DNA of 49,283 nt from Arcobacteraceae bacterium (GTDB taxonomy: Bacteria > Campylobacterota > Campylobacteria > Campylobacterales > Arcobacteraceae), in NCBI GenBank assembly GCA_048268245.1, contig JBLWVX010000019.1, forward strand, positions 1-49,283, given 5' to 3'. The position numbers and the translations under genes are program-made. Shown here one piece after another: positions 47,047-49,283 of this stretch. The notes under the pieces are model-generated. The model had not been told where the DNA came from and did no database searches. It worked only from the letters and a program-made list of their open reading frames with translations. Every line of letters starts with the position of its first letter. Position 1 is the first letter of the stretch.

Positions 47047-49107
47047 TTAAAATAAAGACTTAAAGTTATTTAGAAGCTCTTTTGCTCCCTCATCTCCTAG
47101 CTTTTCTTTTAGTTTATTACCAAGTTTTTCATTTACTTTTTCTTCAATTTTATTTTTTAGTAAACCTTTTGTATTAAGTTTTACCTTTGGACTTTTCATA
47201 TTTCCTTTTACATTAAAATCAAGGTTTAGTTTTCTAATTTGAGCTTTTATGTCTGCATTTACATATGATTTATTTAAATCAAGAAGTGATTTTGTTACAT
47301 CAATTTGAGTATTTTTACTCTTCATATTTACAATAGTTTTTAAAACCATATTATTTATATCACTATTTATATCAACCGTATCGTATATCTCTCTTGTTAA
47401 GTCAAATTTTGCAAACTGATTAATTAGACCTGAAAAATCATTTGGTAAAAAATGACCTTTTATAAGATTACCTTTTAATTTCCCTTTTTTTGATAAAAGA
47501 TTATAGTTTAAAGCTAAATCAGAAGTAGAGTCAAACACTTCTGGATAATACATCATATGCGTTAATTCTTTTATTTCTACGCCTTTTACATTTGCAGTGA
47601 AATCATTGTTGTTTAACTTGAAGTCTAAATTTCCACCAAGAAGTTTTGAAGCCCCTGTAAGCAATAAGTTCTCTTTTTTAGATTCTAACTTACCATTTAA
47701 GTTTACTTTTCCTCTTATTTTTGTTTGAGTAACATCATACAGTTTCCCTAAATTTGGGATATCTAAAATATAGTTACTATTTAAAGAAGCCTCTTTTATG
47801 TTAAATATTGCATTTTTAATATCTAATTTTGCAAGGGAAGAATCAACATTTCCATTTGTAATAGCATTTGTTTTATCAAGATTTGTTTTTGCATCTACTT
47901 TATAAGTAACTACTTGTTTTAGTTTTTGATTAAACTGTTTATTTATTACTTTGTTAATAAGTTTTGCATCTTTTATTTGTGTTGTAACTAACCCAGCTAG
48001 ATTATTTATGTCTGCATTTTTAATATCTGCTATTAAGTTTAGATTTCCAGTTGTGTAATTTGGTTGGTTTAAAAGGTATAATAGTTTATCAAGTTTTGCA
48101 TCTTTTATGTTTAGATATGCAAAACTAGGTTTTGAATTTACAATCTTAGTTTCATAATTTGTAAAACTGTCAAAAACATCACTTCTACCTTTTACATCAA
48201 TTACACCATTATTTACTTCAACTACACCATGAGTAGCAAACTTACCATTTAGTTTTATTCCTATAATTTGTTCTAATTTACCTAAATTTGCAATATCAAT
48301 TTTATAATTAGATTTCACTTGATTTTTATCTAAAAATATCACTGTTTCATCAGAGGAAAGAGTTGACAAAGAGTTTATAAGTGTAGCTTTTGCTGTAACT
48401 TTATTTGGAGTTAAAATAGCATTTGTTCTTGACTTGAATGTAATATTGTCTTTTAATGCTAAATTAAAACTCTTATTTACAATATCATTATTGATTTTAC
48501 CATCTGTAATACTTGAAACTATATTACCATCTAAAGTAGGAAATTTAGCATTTTTGATGTTTGCATCTAAATTTAATATACCCTTTGCATATTTTGGCTG
48601 ATTTACTAAATATAAAAGCTCTGATATATTTGCATCTTTTACTAAAAAGTTTATATTTGAAGGCTCAAAATTCTTAAGCTCTAAATTGTATAAAGTATCA
48701 CTACTTGCAATAGTTGATGTACCATTTATAACTGAAAAACTTTGGTCACCTTTAAAAGTACCTTTTGTTTTTAATGGGCCATTTAATTTCTGGTTTATTA
48801 AAGGTTCTAAAGTTGACAAATCTTTTATATCAATATCATATTTCAAATCAACTGTTTTTGCAAAAACTTGTAAATCACCTGAGATGTTTATATGTGAACT
48901 ATCAGCAATAATTGCCTTAAATTCAATAGTATTAAAAGTAAGCTCAAAGTTTTGCACTTTTAATTTCGCATCTTTATTTTGTGAATTTACCGTACTTTGA
49001 ATATATGAAGCTATTAAGTTGTTTCCTGGTTTTGTAAATAAAACACCAAAAACTAAACCTATCATGATTAAAAGTATAAGTGTCATAGCTAAAAAAAATC
49101 GTTTCAT
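47047..49107 (-). CDS. Membrane-anchored beta-rich periplasmic protein with internal repeats (AsmA/TamB-like)
   Basis: N-terminal TM followed by FTKPGN; amphipathic beta strands; repeats LLYLVNQP / LLYLLNQP / LTHMMYYP; C-terminal VKGNMKSPKVKL. Confidence 0.65.
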   Translation of the reverse strand: MKRFFLAMTLILLIMIGLVFGVLFTKPGNNLIASYIQSTVNSQNKDAKLKVQNFELTFNTIEFKAIIADSSHINISGDLQVFAKTVDLKYDIDIKDLSTLEPLINQKLNGPLKTKGTFKGDQSFSVINGTSTIASSDTLYNLELKNFEPSNINFLVKDANISELLYLVNQPKYAKGILNLDANIKNAKFPTLDGNIVSSITDGKINNDIVNKSFNLALKDNITFKSRTNAILTPNKVTAKATLINSLSTLSSDETVIFLDKNQVKSNYKIDIANLGKLEQIIGIKLNGKFATHGVVEVNNGVIDVKGRSDVFDSFTNYETKIVNSKPSFAYLNIKDAKLDKLLYLLNQPNYTTGNLNLIADIKNADINNLAGLVTTQIKDAKLINKVINKQFNQKLKQVVTYKVDAKTNLDKTNAITNGNVDSSLAKLDIKNAIFNIKEASLNSNYILDIPNLGKLYDVTQTKIRGKVNLNGKLESKKENLLLTGASKLLGGNLDFKLNNNDFTANVKGVEIKELTHMMYYPEVFDSTSDLALNYNLLSKKGKLKGNLIKGHFLPNDFSGLINQFAKFDLTREIYDTVDINSDINNMVLKTIVNMKSKNTQIDVTKSLLDLNKSYVNADIKAQIRKLNLDFNVKGNMKSPKVKLNTKGLLKNKIEEKVNEKLGNKLKEKLGDEGAKELLNNFKSLF

Positions 49108-49283
49108 GATCTATCCTTTTTGTGCATATATATTTATTATAACAAAATATACAAATTATTTACTTTTAAACTGTCTATTATAAACTTAATATTTTCTTTA
49201 ATTTATCATTTAATAGATATCACTTAATAATTGTTTAATATACAAAAAGATATACTACCGCCAATCAAAGTGATTAGTAGGGA

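Noticed and set aside
111..49000. Numerous 60-115 aa antisense ORFs in the track (e.g. 111-320, 7732-7965, 32580-32912, 34110-34457, 48686-49000)
   Set aside because: They lie opposite well-supported genes and show no recognisable motifs
49251..49283. TATACT -10 box followed by a GC-richer stretch, possibly the start of an RNA gene or leader
   Set aside because: Truncated by the window edge; too little sequence to identify
1..49283. CRISPR arrays, tRNA/rRNA genes, prophage, integrase, transposase or defence genes
   Set aside because: No repeat-spacer periodicity, cloverleaf or corresponding protein motifs seen by eye

Overview
Very AT-rich bacterial chromosomal DNA. Gene content, AAGGA/GGAG ribosome-binding sites and -10-only promoters are most consistent with Campylobacterota, probably Arcobacteraceae (inference). 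No rRNA, tRNA, CRISPR array or intact mobile element was recognised. Main genes: a GAF-GGDEF-EAL protein, a YuiF-like transporter, RraA and YjbQ; an nhaA + OmpR-type two-component locus; two TetR-controlled RND/TolC efflux operons; YceI, SelO and two trans-sulfuration PLP enzymes; a Zur-controlled ZnuA + DUF1007/NiCoT fusion locus and a second nhaA; an AraC-EamA-APC cluster; a Fur-boxed imelysin/di-heme/desaturase/MauG-like operon; a rhodanese and an AsmA-like protein. Best signals the ORF track does not show: (1) an exported thioredoxin whose WUGSC active site is encoded by an in-frame UGA followed by a SECIS-like hairpin; (2) three 57-bp promoters with identical spacing around the nhaA two-component locus, placed upstream of the operon, an unannotated 25-aa membrane peptide and a ~190-nt structured candidate sRNA; (3) an orphan MauG-type enzyme in an iron-regulated imelysin operon; (4) a stand-alone 32-aa peptide ending in a chemoreceptor-like CheR/CheB docking tail. 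Family assignments come from motif recognition, not database searches.
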